Shown in pieces: positions 1 to 10,700 of a stretch of 64,000 nucleotides of DNA (positions are counted from its first letter, which is position 1; every line of letters begins with the position of its first letter). The position numbers were made by a program, and so were the translations under genes. Source of the DNA: Anthoceros angustus (Eukaryota; Plantae; Anthocerotophyta); the NCBI GenBank assembly GCA_010909165.1, contig VJWM01000044.1, positions 1,178,001 through 1,242,000 on the forward strand. The letters run 5' to 3'. The notes beneath the pieces were generated by a model. The model worked only from the letters and a program-made list of their open reading frames with translations. It was not told the DNA's origin and made no database searches.

Positions 1-581
1 TTGTTCTTGCCTCTCTTTGTAATCTGATCCACTCCTTGATGGCGATCAAGGACACCCCGTCTCGTGCTCAGTTGTGTTGTGGGGTAAAGGGGTGAAATGT
101 CACATTGGGCACAAATATAAGGACTTGACCGAACCACACAGGAGGCTCGGGTAAGGCTTGCCACTTTTAAAGTGTGGCTATACATTTGGCTCCGAGTTTG
201 ATGCTCCTTGACCCGCCCCGAGTCCTCGCGGTGGTTGCAAATGCAATTGGATTATCTACTCACCCTGTTCGAAGCACACTTTCCGGGATCCCACCTTTTT
301 CTACGTTTCCCGAGGCGCCTGCATGACGACGTTCGCCTTGCATACCGGCTTCCTCTGGATCGCCTTGCGCTGGACCCAAGAACCTTCTCTTTCTTCCGCT
401 TTGTCCTCTCCAATTTACTCTTCAGGATCCGCCATCTCTAACTAGTGTCTTTATCCTCAACAAGTATGTGGTACAAGTGTTAAAGTGATCCCTTTAAAGA
501 CTAGCCTCATCCCTTCGATAAGCAGGCTTACTCCACTCCGGGCCCACATAAGTACCTAAAGCCACCTAAATGCAGACTACC

Positions 582-1503
582 TTACTTAAGCTTTAGCGGG
601 GGCAAAGATGCGCTTGGAACAGCTCCCGAAGTTGGACAGCAATGTTGCGACCTATGAGGCACCCAAACAGTGATTGGGCGCACCCCGGGCATGGGCTTCT
701 CCATAGCCTGTAACCTGTTGGCCCCCAACACTCGAGAGATCCGGTGAGGAGTCTCACCCCTGGCCACTGCCGCCGCCAGAATGAAGAGCTCCGAGAAACC
801 ACTAGAAGGATCCTCCGAGGCAAAGTAATCCCGAAAGTGATCATAGACTGTCCCAAACATACCACCTGAAGAAAAACCGCAGGGTAGTGGTAAGAGCCCT
901 ACGGAAGACCGCCTTGTCGAGACAAAAAGGCTCCTCCAATACGTAATCTAGGATATGTTGTGGAATGAGGTCATTTGGGGCCAGATGAAGGGCATGGAGC
1001 GCATAGAGGATATGTTGTGGAATGAGCTCATTTCGGGCCAGATGAAGGGCACAGAGCGCATAGAGGATATGTTGTGAAATGAGGTCATTTCGGGCCAGAT
1101 GAAGGGCACGAAGCGCATAGAGGATATGTTGCGGAATGAGGTCATTCGGGGCCAGATGAAGGGCACGGAGCGCATAGAGGATATGTTGTGGAATGAGGTC
1201 ATTTGGGGCCAGATGAAGGGCACGGAGCGTAGAGCTGGTGTCCTCGGAGGCTGGCGCCACCGGCTCCGGGCGAAGTGCCCAGGCAGCCCTAACATATTCC
1301 TTAGCACGGCCTAGCAAGAGACACCCTTGATCTCGCTGCACGCCTCCCCTCCTCCCCTCCTCCTGCAGAGCTTCCCAATCCTTGGCCCGGAACCGACTGA
1401 GATGAGATGCCACCTCCCTATGGTCGGACAAACCACCCCTAGAGTGACGAAGACACCACCGGGGGAGAGAAAGGAACAGAGTCCAAGCCACTTTGCCTCT
1501 CAT
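582..1503 (-). mobile_element. Degenerate non-LTR retrotransposon RT N-terminal fragment, CRE/SLACS-like
   Basis: Two frameshifted ORFs (841-1503, 582-860) read ...AVFRRALTT / GTVYDHFRDYF...LAAAVARGETP...LGANRLQAMEKPMPGVRPITV, resembling the SRLxAxxKxxGGxRPIxxG pre-RT motif of CRE-clade elements. Downstream RT core not seen. Confidence 0.55.
950..1230. repeat. 57-bp tandem repeat x5 inside the retroelement ORF
   Basis: Unit GGATATGTTGTGGAATGAGGTCATTT(C/G)GGGCCAGATGAAGGGCACGGAGCGCATAGA; encodes ALRALHLAPNDLIPQHILY x5 on the minus strand. Confidence 0.95.
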
Positions 1504-1792
1504 GCATGGCTCGTTACTTTTTAGAGCCCTCTTGAGAACTATTTATATTAATTAGCATAGGTGACGCTTGCGAGTAAACTACGGTATGCAAATGATAGAC
1601 GATTGAAATAAAAAACGACCTGAGAAGGCATGGCCCCTCATGCTTCTTGAGTTCAACCTCGTGATTGAGGTTCTAGTCCAAGGATATCCTTAACCCTAGA
1701 AGGACGAACGATTCAATTTTTCGCCCAATGTTTAGGGCCGTAAATTGTTTTCGGGAGGTTTCAAGCCAGGGGACACTTGAGCAAACTAACTG

Positions 1793-1830
1793 AGGGCCTT
1801 AGGGCCTTAGGGCCTTAGGGCCTTAGGGCC
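1793..1830. repeat. Telomere-like 8-mer array (AGGGCCTT)x~4.75 = (TTAGGGCC)n
   Basis: Read directly; an isolated TTTAGGGCC also occurs at 1731. Confidence 0.9.
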
Positions 1831-2561
1831 TGTGGCCGTGTGGACAAAAATCAGTGTCATGGATCCTGTGCTACACGTCGAAACATGGAAAGATGCTTCA
1901 AGATCCGCCTCAACCACTCGGCCTGAGGCCTTGTTCTTGCACACACGATGGTAAAACGCGGGAATTCCGCCTCTCCCAGGATTTTTGTCTTCGGAAAGTG
2001 TTTTGACTGGCCTAAGAACATCCAAGCAAGCCCGTTTTTTGGCAATTTTGTGGATTGTGCTTCGATCTAGCCCCGAGCAAGTTTGGTCGGTTGACCTTCC
2101 CCGAGGGAAGATCTGGTATCCGCACAGAAAGATGCTGGCTTGCCCATTTGCCCTACACTACACACCCATGGCGGCCACATCTTGTTGTTGAGACTGTTGT
2201 GGGTGCGTTGATCTTCACAAGCAAGGGCTGAGTTATGCTCTGGCTCATTTCAAACTTAACCTTTTTCCTGATGTCTTCTAATGCATGGACATCGGCCTTC
2301 TCGGTGGTCACTAGTCGTGTCGTGCCAGGATCAAGTCGACCGAGGAGATGTACGAAGATCCGAAAGCTTCGCGATTCCCACAGCTTGTTTTGGGGCCACC
2401 CTCTGTGCACACTTTTCCTCAGGTTGGTGTTGGGTAGTTAGACCTACTGTCTTAAGCTTCTGCGTCACACGAACTCATCGTATTCCACATAGTCCTCTTG
2501 CACCCGCATGCTCAAGCTCATGCCCGTGCAAGCCAGCCCTGTCGGGAAGGGCCCCTACCCG

Positions 2562-2669
2562 AAGTGCTTTGATTTGATGGACCACAAGGTACTTGCGAAA
2601 TTACTGGAACGCAGGAGAGAGGAAAAACGTTTTATTCGGATCATCTGGAAATTACTTTGGGCAGGATAC
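2562..2669 (+). pseudogene. Group II intron reverse transcriptase/maturase fragment, probably an organellar (mitochondrial) insertion
   Basis: KCFDLMDHKVLAKLLERRREEKRFIRIIWKLLWAGY matches the group II RT segment (K)CFDxIxHxxLxxxLxxxIxDxRFxxLIxKxLxAGY. No intact PQG or YADD follows. Confidence 0.7.
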
Positions 2670-3012
2670 GGGGAAATCCAACGCGACGAGATCAAGAGCT
2701 GGAGGAGAAGCATATGCTTTCACCCGGTGCTCCAAGGAATCACGTCGTAGAGAGGAGAGAATGCGAAACGGAGACTGGGAGCTGCCCATTCAAACAACGC
2801 AAAAACGAGGAGGCAGGGTCCCATGCTGCAATTCTGAGTGCGCTTGACCAAGGATTCAATTCCGATGGACGAAGCAGTCCAGTCCCGAGGCGAGGCGCGT
2901 CCACGCTGCTCCGTTCAGTTCATAGGCTCGGGGCCTTCCCTGGGTGGAGGCAAGGCACAATCACAAACTAGATTGACGTCTTCTATTTTCGGTGTTGCTC
3001 AACTCTTACGAA

Positions 3013-6000
3013 ATGGGACTAACGACTGACACTGTGAGAAAGCTATGTCATCTGAGCCAGCTCGCTGAGGCTGTTGAAGCTTTGGGAATTCTTGTGCAGA
3101 CGAACAGTTGGAGTTCCAAATCTGTCTTTTATGATGTGCTAAGGAGATGTGTAGTCGAAAAAGATATTGTTCTGGGTCGTCGAGTCCATGCTCTCACGCT
3201 GAAAAAGGGGTACGAGTCGGACACGTTCCTGTGCAACCACATCCTGCGAATGTATGCTTCTCATGGCAGTTTGCAAGACGCAATGGATGTGTTCACTCTG
3301 GTTGCCCAGCCAGATGCGTTCATGTGGTCTTCCATAATCTCTGCGCATGTTCAACATGGACAAAGCAATCAGGCCATAAAACTTTATCATCAGATGCGGA
3401 ATTCAGGTGTGAAGCCAGATGGTCATGTATATGTTGCAGCCATTCAAGCTTGCGCAAGGGGACCCGACTTGAAAACTGGGCAGCTGGTGCATGCTGATGC
3501 GTTGGCTTCTGGCCTTGACAGTAATCTGTTCGTCTGTAGTTGCTTGGTGGACATGTATGCGAAGTGTGGGAGTTTAGAGGATGCCCAGGGTGTGTTCGAT
3601 GGACTTGGCCAGAAGAATGTGGTTATTTGGAACGCTATGATAGCCGGGTATTCTCAGCATGGCAGAGGCCAGGAAGCCCTTCGTCTCTACAGTGCTATGG
3701 AAGAAGAGGGCATCGTTGCACCAGATTGTGTGACATTTCTCTGCCTTTTGCAGGCGTGTGCAAGTGTGGGCACCCCAGGTTTGGAGAAGGGGAGGCAGTT
3801 TCATGCGCAAATCAGAGAACGAGGACATGGAGCTGACGTGTCTCTAGCCAACAGTTTGGTAGACATGTATGCAAAGTGTGGGAGCTTGGAAGATGCTCGA
3901 ATAGTGTTTGAGGCACTTGATGAGAAAGATGTGGTGACATGGAATGCCATGATAGCAGGATATTCCCAGCAGGGAATGGGGCAAGAAGCTCTTCGTCTCT
4001 CCACTGTAATGCTAGAAGAAGGCTTCACTGTACCGAATTCGGTGACATTTGTGTGCCTCCTGCAGGCATGTGCAAGTGTTGGGGCCCCAGCTTTAGAGAA
4101 GGGGAAGCAGCTTCATGCGCAAATCACAGAACGAGGGCACCAAGTTGATGTGTTTGTAGCCAACAGTTTGGTGAACATGTATGCAAAGTGTGGCAGCATG
4201 GAAGATGCACAGAGAGTGTTTGACAGGCTCGCTCTAAAAAATGAGGTGACATGGACGACTTTAATTGCAGGATATTCCCAGCAAGGTATGGGCCAGGAAG
4301 CCCTTCATCTATACAGTGCTATGCAAGAAGCAGACATGGCTGCACCCAATCCTGTTGCGTTTGTGTGTTTGCTGCAGGCATGTGCAAGTGTTGGCACCCT
4401 GGCGTTACAGAAAGGTAAGGAGCTCCATACACAAATTCAAGAACTGGGACACCATGCTGATCGCTTTGTAGCCAATAGTCTGGTGAACATGTATGTGCGG
4501 TGTGGCAGCTTGGAAGATGCTCAGATAGTGTTTGACAGAATTGATCAAAAAGATGTGGTGACATGGAATGTCATGATAGCACAGTATTCCCAGCAGGGCA
4601 TGGAGCAGGAGGCCCTTCATCTCTACAGTGCTATGCAAGAAGATGATATTGCAGTACCTGATTCTGTGACATTTGTGTGCCTCCTGCGGGCATGTGCAAA
4701 TGTAGGCACCCCAGCTTTGGAGAAGGGGATGCAGCTTCATGCACAAATCAGACAACGAGGACATCAGACTGATATGTTTGTAGCCAGCAGTTTGGTAAAC
4801 ATGTATGCAAAGTGTGGCAGCATAGAGCATGCACGGAGTGTCTTTGATGGACTTCGTCACAAGGATGTAGTGACATGGAATGCCATGATAGCAGGCTATT
4901 CTCAGCAGGGCACGGGCCAGGATGCCCTTCATCTCTACAGTATTATGCTAAAGGACAGCTCGGTTCAACCGAATTCTGTGACATTTGTGTCCCTCCTGCA
5001 AGCGTGTGTGAGTGTAGGGATCCCAGCTTTGCAGATGGGAAAACATCTTCATGCGCAAATTCGAGAACAAGGACATGAATGTAATGGGTTTGTAGCCAAC
5101 AGTTTGATAAACATGTATGCAAAGTGTGGCAGCATAGAAGATGCACATGAAGTGTTTGACAAACTGAGTCAGAAAGATGTGGTGACGTGGAATGCCATGA
5201 TTGCTGGGTATTCCCAGCAGGGCTTGGGTCAGGAAGCTCTTCGTGTGTACAGTGCCATGCAAGAAGATAGCATGGCTGTACCTGATTCCGTTACGTTTGT
5301 TTGCATCTTGCAGGCGTGTGCAATTCTAGGCAATCCAGCTTTGCAGAAGGGGAAACAGCTGCATGCAGAAATTAAGGAGAGAGGGCTCCAAGGCAATGTG
5401 TTTGTGACCAGCAGTTTGGTGAATATGTATGCAAAGTGTGGCAGCTTGGAGGACGCCATGAGGCTATTTGATGGACTTGGTAAAAAAGATGTGGGAACGT
5501 GGAATGCCATGATAGCAGGGTGTTCCCAGCAGGGTATGGGGCAAGAAGCGCTTCATCTTTTCGGTGTCATGGAAGAAGAAGGAGTCGCTGTACCTGATTC
5601 TGTGACATTTTTGTGCCTTCTGCAGGCGTGTGCAAGTGTAGGCACCTCAGCTCTGGAGAAGGGAAAGCAGATTCACATGCAAATTAAAGAACAAGGACTT
5701 GAAGATGATGCATTTGTAGCTAACAGTTTGGTAAACATGTATGCAAAGTGTGGCAGCCTGGAGGATGCTCAGAGAGTGTTTGAGGGGCTGGGTCAAAAAG
5801 ATGAGGTGACGTGGACTGCGTTGATTGCAGGATATTCCAAGAAGGGCATGGCCTGGGAAGCCCTAGGTGTCTACCATGTTATGCAAGAAGATGGCATGGC
5901 TGTGCCCGATTCTGTGACATATGTGTGCCTCCTGCAGGCATGTGCAAGTGTGGGTAACTCTGCTTTAGAGGAGGGGAAGCAGCTTCATGCACAACTTAGA

Positions 6001-7335
6001 GAACGCCGACATCAAGCTGATGATGTATCGGTTGGCAGCAGCTTGGTGAACATGTATGCAAAGTGTGGCAGCCTACAGGATGCTCGGGGTGTGTTTGACG
6101 GACTTGTCCAAAAAGACGTGGTTATGTGGAATGCCATGCTATCAGGGTATGCTCAGCAGGGCCTGGGACAAGAAACCCTCCAGCTGTACGATGTTATGCA
6201 ACAGGATGGCACGGCTGCACCTGATTCTCTTACCTTTGGGTGTCTCCTTCAAGCATGTGCATGTGTAGGCACCGCAGCTTTGGAGAAGGGAAGGCAGCTT
6301 CATGGACAAATTAGAAAACGAGGACATCAAGCTGATTCATTTGTAGCCAACAATTTGATAAACATGTATGCAAAGTGTGGCAGCCTAGAAGATGCTTACA
6401 CAGTGTTTGACAAACTTGATGAGAAAGACGTGGTGACCTGGAATGCCATGATAGCAGGGTATTCCCAACAGGGCATGGGCCAGGAAGCCCTTCGCCTTTA
6501 CTGTGCTATGCAAGGAGAAGGCAACACTCTACCTGATTGCATGACATTTTTGTATCTCCTGCAGGCCTGTGCAGACATGGCAGCTTTTCATGTGGGAAGG
6601 CAGCTACATGCACAGATTGAAGAACAAGGGCTTCAAGCTGACTTGTTTATTGCCGGCAGTTTGATAAACATGTATGGAAAGTCTGGAAGCATGGTGGATG
6701 CCCAGCAGGTGTTCAATGCACTACCCGAACGAGACGTTGTAGCCTGGAGTGCACTGATTGCAGGCTACACTTGTCAAGGAGACACTGAGCTGGTCTTTGA
6801 CTTGGTCCAGAGAATGATAGAAGATGGGATACAGCCAGTCGGCATTACATTCCTTAGTGTACTAACTGTATGCAGTCATGCGGGTCTAGTGAACAAGGGA
6901 AGGGAGTATTTTCAGGCTATGGGCCGACAGTATGGGATCACTCCCACGGTCGAGCATTACACATGCATGGTAGACCTCCTAGGCCGTGCTGGCCAATTGG
7001 ATGAGGCACTAGCATTGGTAAGGACAATGCGTGTTCTGCCCAATGCTGCAATTTGGCACACACTCTTGGGTGCTTGTCGAAAGTGGAGCAATGTGGAGGT
7101 GGGACGCAATGCTTTTGATGAAGCTGTCCACCTAGACCAGAAAGATGCTGCAGCATATGTGTTGCTGGCTGACATATACACCGGTGCCCAGATGTGGAAG
7201 CAGGCAGAGGAGATGCAAGCAAGGAGGGTAAGAATCAGGGCGTGGAAGCAACCAGGTCAGAGCTGGTGGACAGACATGGGCGGGCTAGTGCATAGTTTTG
7301 TGGTTGATGGGGACAATGTCCGAAGAGTCCAGTAA
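3013..7335 (+). CDS. PLS-class PPR protein (~38 P/L/S motifs + E1/E2 + truncated WW-type PG box), RNA-editing factor family, intronless
   Basis: 12 S motifs of type LVNMYAKCGSLEDA, terminal P2-L2-S2 (CSHAGLV, HYTCMVDLLGRAG), E1/E2, then KQPGQSWWTDMGGLVHSFVV and stop. First ATG at 3013. Confidence 0.95.
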   Translation: MGLTTDTVRKLCHLSQLAEAVEALGILVQTNSWSSKSVFYDVLRRCVVEKDIVLGRRVHALTLKKGYESDTFLCNHILRMYASHGSLQDAMDVFTLVAQPDAFMWSSIISAHVQHGQSNQAIKLYHQMRNSGVKPDGHVYVAAIQACARGPDLKTGQLVHADALASGLDSNLFVCSCLVDMYAKCGSLEDAQGVFDGLGQKNVVIWNAMIAGYSQHGRGQEALRLYSAMEEEGIVAPDCVTFLCLLQACASVGTPGLEKGRQFHAQIRERGHGADVSLANSLVDMYAKCGSLEDARIVFEALDEKDVVTWNAMIAGYSQQGMGQEALRLSTVMLEEGFTVPNSVTFVCLLQACASVGAPALEKGKQLHAQITERGHQVDVFVANSLVNMYAKCGSMEDAQRVFDRLALKNEVTWTTLIAGYSQQGMGQEALHLYSAMQEADMAAPNPVAFVCLLQACASVGTLALQKGKELHTQIQELGHHADRFVANSLVNMYVRCGSLEDAQIVFDRIDQKDVVTWNVMIAQYSQQGMEQEALHLYSAMQEDDIAVPDSVTFVCLLRACANVGTPALEKGMQLHAQIRQRGHQTDMFVASSLVNMYAKCGSIEHARSVFDGLRHKDVVTWNAMIAGYSQQGTGQDALHLYSIMLKDSSVQPNSVTFVSLLQACVSVGIPALQMGKHLHAQIREQGHECNGFVANSLINMYAKCGSIEDAHEVFDKLSQKDVVTWNAMIAGYSQQGLGQEALRVYSAMQEDSMAVPDSVTFVCILQACAILGNPALQKGKQLHAEIKERGLQGNVFVTSSLVNMYAKCGSLEDAMRLFDGLGKKDVGTWNAMIAGCSQQGMGQEALHLFGVMEEEGVAVPDSVTFLCLLQACASVGTSALEKGKQIHMQIKEQGLEDDAFVANSLVNMYAKCGSLEDAQRVFEGLGQKDEVTWTALIAGYSKKGMAWEALGVYHVMQEDGMAVPDSVTYVCLLQACASVGNSALEEGKQLHAQLRERRHQADDVSVGSSLVNMYAKCGSLQDARGVFDGLVQKDVVMWNAMLSGYAQQGLGQETLQLYDVMQQDGTAAPDSLTFGCLLQACACVGTAALEKGRQLHGQIRKRGHQADSFVANNLINMYAKCGSLEDAYTVFDKLDEKDVVTWNAMIAGYSQQGMGQEALRLYCAMQGEGNTLPDCMTFLYLLQACADMAAFHVGRQLHAQIEEQGLQADLFIAGSLINMYGKSGSMVDAQQVFNALPERDVVAWSALIAGYTCQGDTELVFDLVQRMIEDGIQPVGITFLSVLTVCSHAGLVNKGREYFQAMGRQYGITPTVEHYTCMVDLLGRAGQLDEALALVRTMRVLPNAAIWHTLLGACRKWSNVEVGRNAFDEAVHLDQKDAAAYVLLADIYTGAQMWKQAEEMQARRVRIRAWKQPGQSWWTDMGGLVHSFVVDGDNVRRVQ

Positions 7336-7797
7336 GACTCTTAGGGATAGGGTAGGGTTAATTGTGGGTTACACCGTCTCTTATCTGTTGAATTACCATG
7401 AACGCTTGATAATGAACCCGACCCGTGACTCTGACTTGTCCAAGGTGACTACTGATGAAAGCTGCGCGTATCGTCTCCTCGTGGAAGATCTCGTCCAGAA
7501 TATGTCGTCACGGTACCTCGATCAAAACATCACATTCCCGCCTGATTTGAATGCAGGATTGCCGGGCAGGCCCACCCAATAAACAATTTATTTCAACTTT
7601 AAAGTCCTTTTAGAATGAATATTACAAAAAAACAGAGTCTTCCACGCTTGGCTTAATAAACCTGCATGGAAACTTGTAATGTGGTTTATCAAGGTAGTCC
7701 AATGGCAAGAGGCAAGTCCCCCCTCCCTCAAAGTCCCACTATGCAAGTATACATACAAAGAGCAATGAGGCATACACTCAAAAACTGAGGTTTGTTC

Positions 7798-10700
7798 TCA
7801 CGTGCGCTCCCAAAGCTGATATTCCCCTCCCTTATCGATGAAACGTTCCCATGACCCGACAAGGTTGTCCTGCTTTGACGGGTTCCAATCTAACCGACCT
7901 AGTTTCATTACCAAGTTCTCTCCAACTTGAGCTACATACCCGTCGTTATTGGCATGCAGTATCTTGAGCGGGCTGCGACAATGGACTCCAGTACGCGTTC
8001 TTGCAGCGATGAGTTCAGCGATAGGATCATGAAGACCGAAGTCATAGAAGTGGTCGTAGAACACTACAGGCTGCAGGGAGGGGTACCATACCAGCCACGT
8101 TAGCCTGGATACCAGTCCAAGGTAAGACGGGAAATCATTCAGAGGAACGAGGCTGGTATCTTACCGTTCCAGGATGTGTGAGAATGTAAGCATAGCCCTG
8201 CATCAACTTATCCCTTGGAAATGGCCAATGCCCCTGCAACAAGAGAGATGTTCGTTGTCAGAAAGCAAGAAAACCCACGCATTTTCTTGTAGCCGACCTT
8301 GGTCCCACGATCAAGCATCACGCTGCTGTTTTCTCATACGGCAATGTACCTGTGTAGACCCTGTATCGTGATTCTCCAAAAATGTCACTGCCCGTGAAGG
8401 CCACCAACCAACAACTCCAGGAGGTTTACCTTGAGGGTCAATCAGTCTCCAATACTCTCCGTGGAGGGCTGAGTGCAGAATGCCCTATCATGTAAGCCTT
8501 ATAAGAACCATTTTGTTTGACAAGTGCACAGCTTTCCTTCACAGGAATCTCTTCTTGGCAGCTCAGTAGCCTTACCTTGGTTGTCACGTCAAATGCCGAG
8601 GAGCTGCCCCCCGTTGCATTTATCCAGTTTATGATACGCTGTCGATGTGGATCTGTCAAGCATGGAGGCCCTATGTGATCTGTTCTATGTTCTGACAACC
8701 GACCAACCCCAGAGGCGAACAAATAGCTCGGGCATACATACCTTGGTTATAGCACACGTTACCACCCTCGTAACTCAAGCTGTCCCAGTACTCGCCAATT
8801 GCGAACACAGGCTCTGTTGCCTCTATATACTCTTTAACGTAGCCACCCCAAAAGCCCCTGTCAACCTCAAAGCTTCAACTTAGAATCCCAACCTACAGAG
8901 CCAAGCTGCCGGTCCTCATTTTGTTTCTCAAGAGTAAAAGGGAGAGACAACACCTGACAAAGTCAAGCCGCCACCCATCATAACCAATCTCAGTCCTTAG
9001 CCACTTCATCCACTCTTTGATGTCTTTACGTACAAAAGGCTGAGAGTGGTCGATATTTGGTGCAGCATGGAAAAAATCACCTGGAAATGTGCACATTAGT
9101 TCATGTCGGCTTATTTGATTCTCCAAAAACTTCTCAAAGTTTTTCAAACTATCAGCTTCTCTGTTCTTGGGCGCCAAAAGTTTACCAGTTGAAGGATTCC
9201 CTTGGCCTCGAAAGTTTGGGTCATCTCGTACTATGGCTTCTGGACCCCAAGAAAGTTTACCTCCGAAGATGTTCCATATCCCATCAGTGTTCTGTATATC
9301 AGACGCATACGCCATATTAGGGGTCGCCTTTTTTCCCCCAGTAAAACTTTGGTAGCGAACCTGCTCTGAAGACAAGACACACCTGCTTCTGCGCGCAGCG
9401 ATGGTTGAGAACCACATCCCCCAGGACCTGCCATAAGTAAGGTAGATACCAACATGAGTGAGGGAAAACTCAAACTATTTGTGCACCAATGCATGCGGAT
9501 TCAAGCCAGACATTGTAGTGTTGTGAAAACAGCTCATTACCAGAATGTCATGATTGTGCATCTCTTCAATACAGGTCTTAAGTTCATCCTGTGTACCATA
9601 TGCTGAGTTCAGATTGTAAAGATCACTCGGCATGTAGCCTGCAACTCAGGGGGTCACAAGTTTAGTCTCTTGTTCCTCCACGGCAGAACGCCAGAGTTGT
9701 GTTAGCTTAAGCACGTAACTTAAGTCATACGCGTAGCATAAAACACACCTTGAGGTGAGACAGATTCAGTAGGAGGGGGCAACCAGATAGCTGTGATGCC
9801 TGACTGTGCCAAGTCGGCTGCACGCGGAGCCAGTTCCAAATACCATTTTCTTCTCCAGCTTTCCCAATTGAAGCCTTGAACCTAAGAAACATAACAGAGG
9901 CGGCATAGGATGATAAAACAAAAACTACAAAACCTTCACAGAGCTCTCCACTATCACATCCTGGAAAGCCAGCAACCGATGTACGCTGAAGCTGAAGCTG
10001 AAGCTGGAAAACATACCACAATCTCCCGTCCGGATCCTGTGCCAGGTTCTGACCAGGAAATACCAGTGTCAGGCAACGGCCCACCAACAAATTCTCAACT
10101 TGTAGAATGGAGAAATCAATCAAGACAAACACAATTTTCTACACCTACCCTGTTTGATGTCTGCGTCTTCTGGAGATTTTCTCCTCGGACCTTTCTTTTG
10201 CAAAGCACGCTCCAAAGCTTTCCTCTGGGAATCCAACTTCTTCCTCTGAGAATCCAATGCTTCCTTTTCAGCTGCCTGCTTTGCGAATAAGTCATCTGGC
10301 TTGACCTTCGCCTTTGCTATGGACCAGACTTCTTCAGGAGTAGGCAACGCTAGCGGAATATCTGACTCGACGAAACCATCATTTGGCAATGTTTCCCTGG
10401 GAGGCAATCCTTGAAGCCCTGATTCGATTCTCCGTCTCATCCATTCTGGTGTTTCCCTCCGGGGCCCATTTGCAAGAAGTTCCCACTTTTTAGAGCCATT
10501 TCCTAATGATGTGTCCAAGCGCCCCGCGGTTAGCACATCCGCAACCCCTGGAATAAGATCTAGATTACCGAGGCCCGCTTCCTTGAACAGGCCCTCTATG
10601 GCCAAAGCCCGTGCTCTCCAGGCCTCAACCAAATCCTCTGCAGCTTTGAGCGACTTCTCAAGAGCCTGACATCGTCGTTGTAAAGCTTGCTCCTGGAGCT

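Noticed and set aside
1-560. Possible further retroelement coding remnants (ORF 208-441)
   Set aside because: No diagnostic motif could be recognised by eye.
7298-7582. ORF overlapping the PPR stop as a frameshifted DYW continuation
   Set aside because: No HSE/HxE, CxxC or DYW-like motif in the translated sequence.
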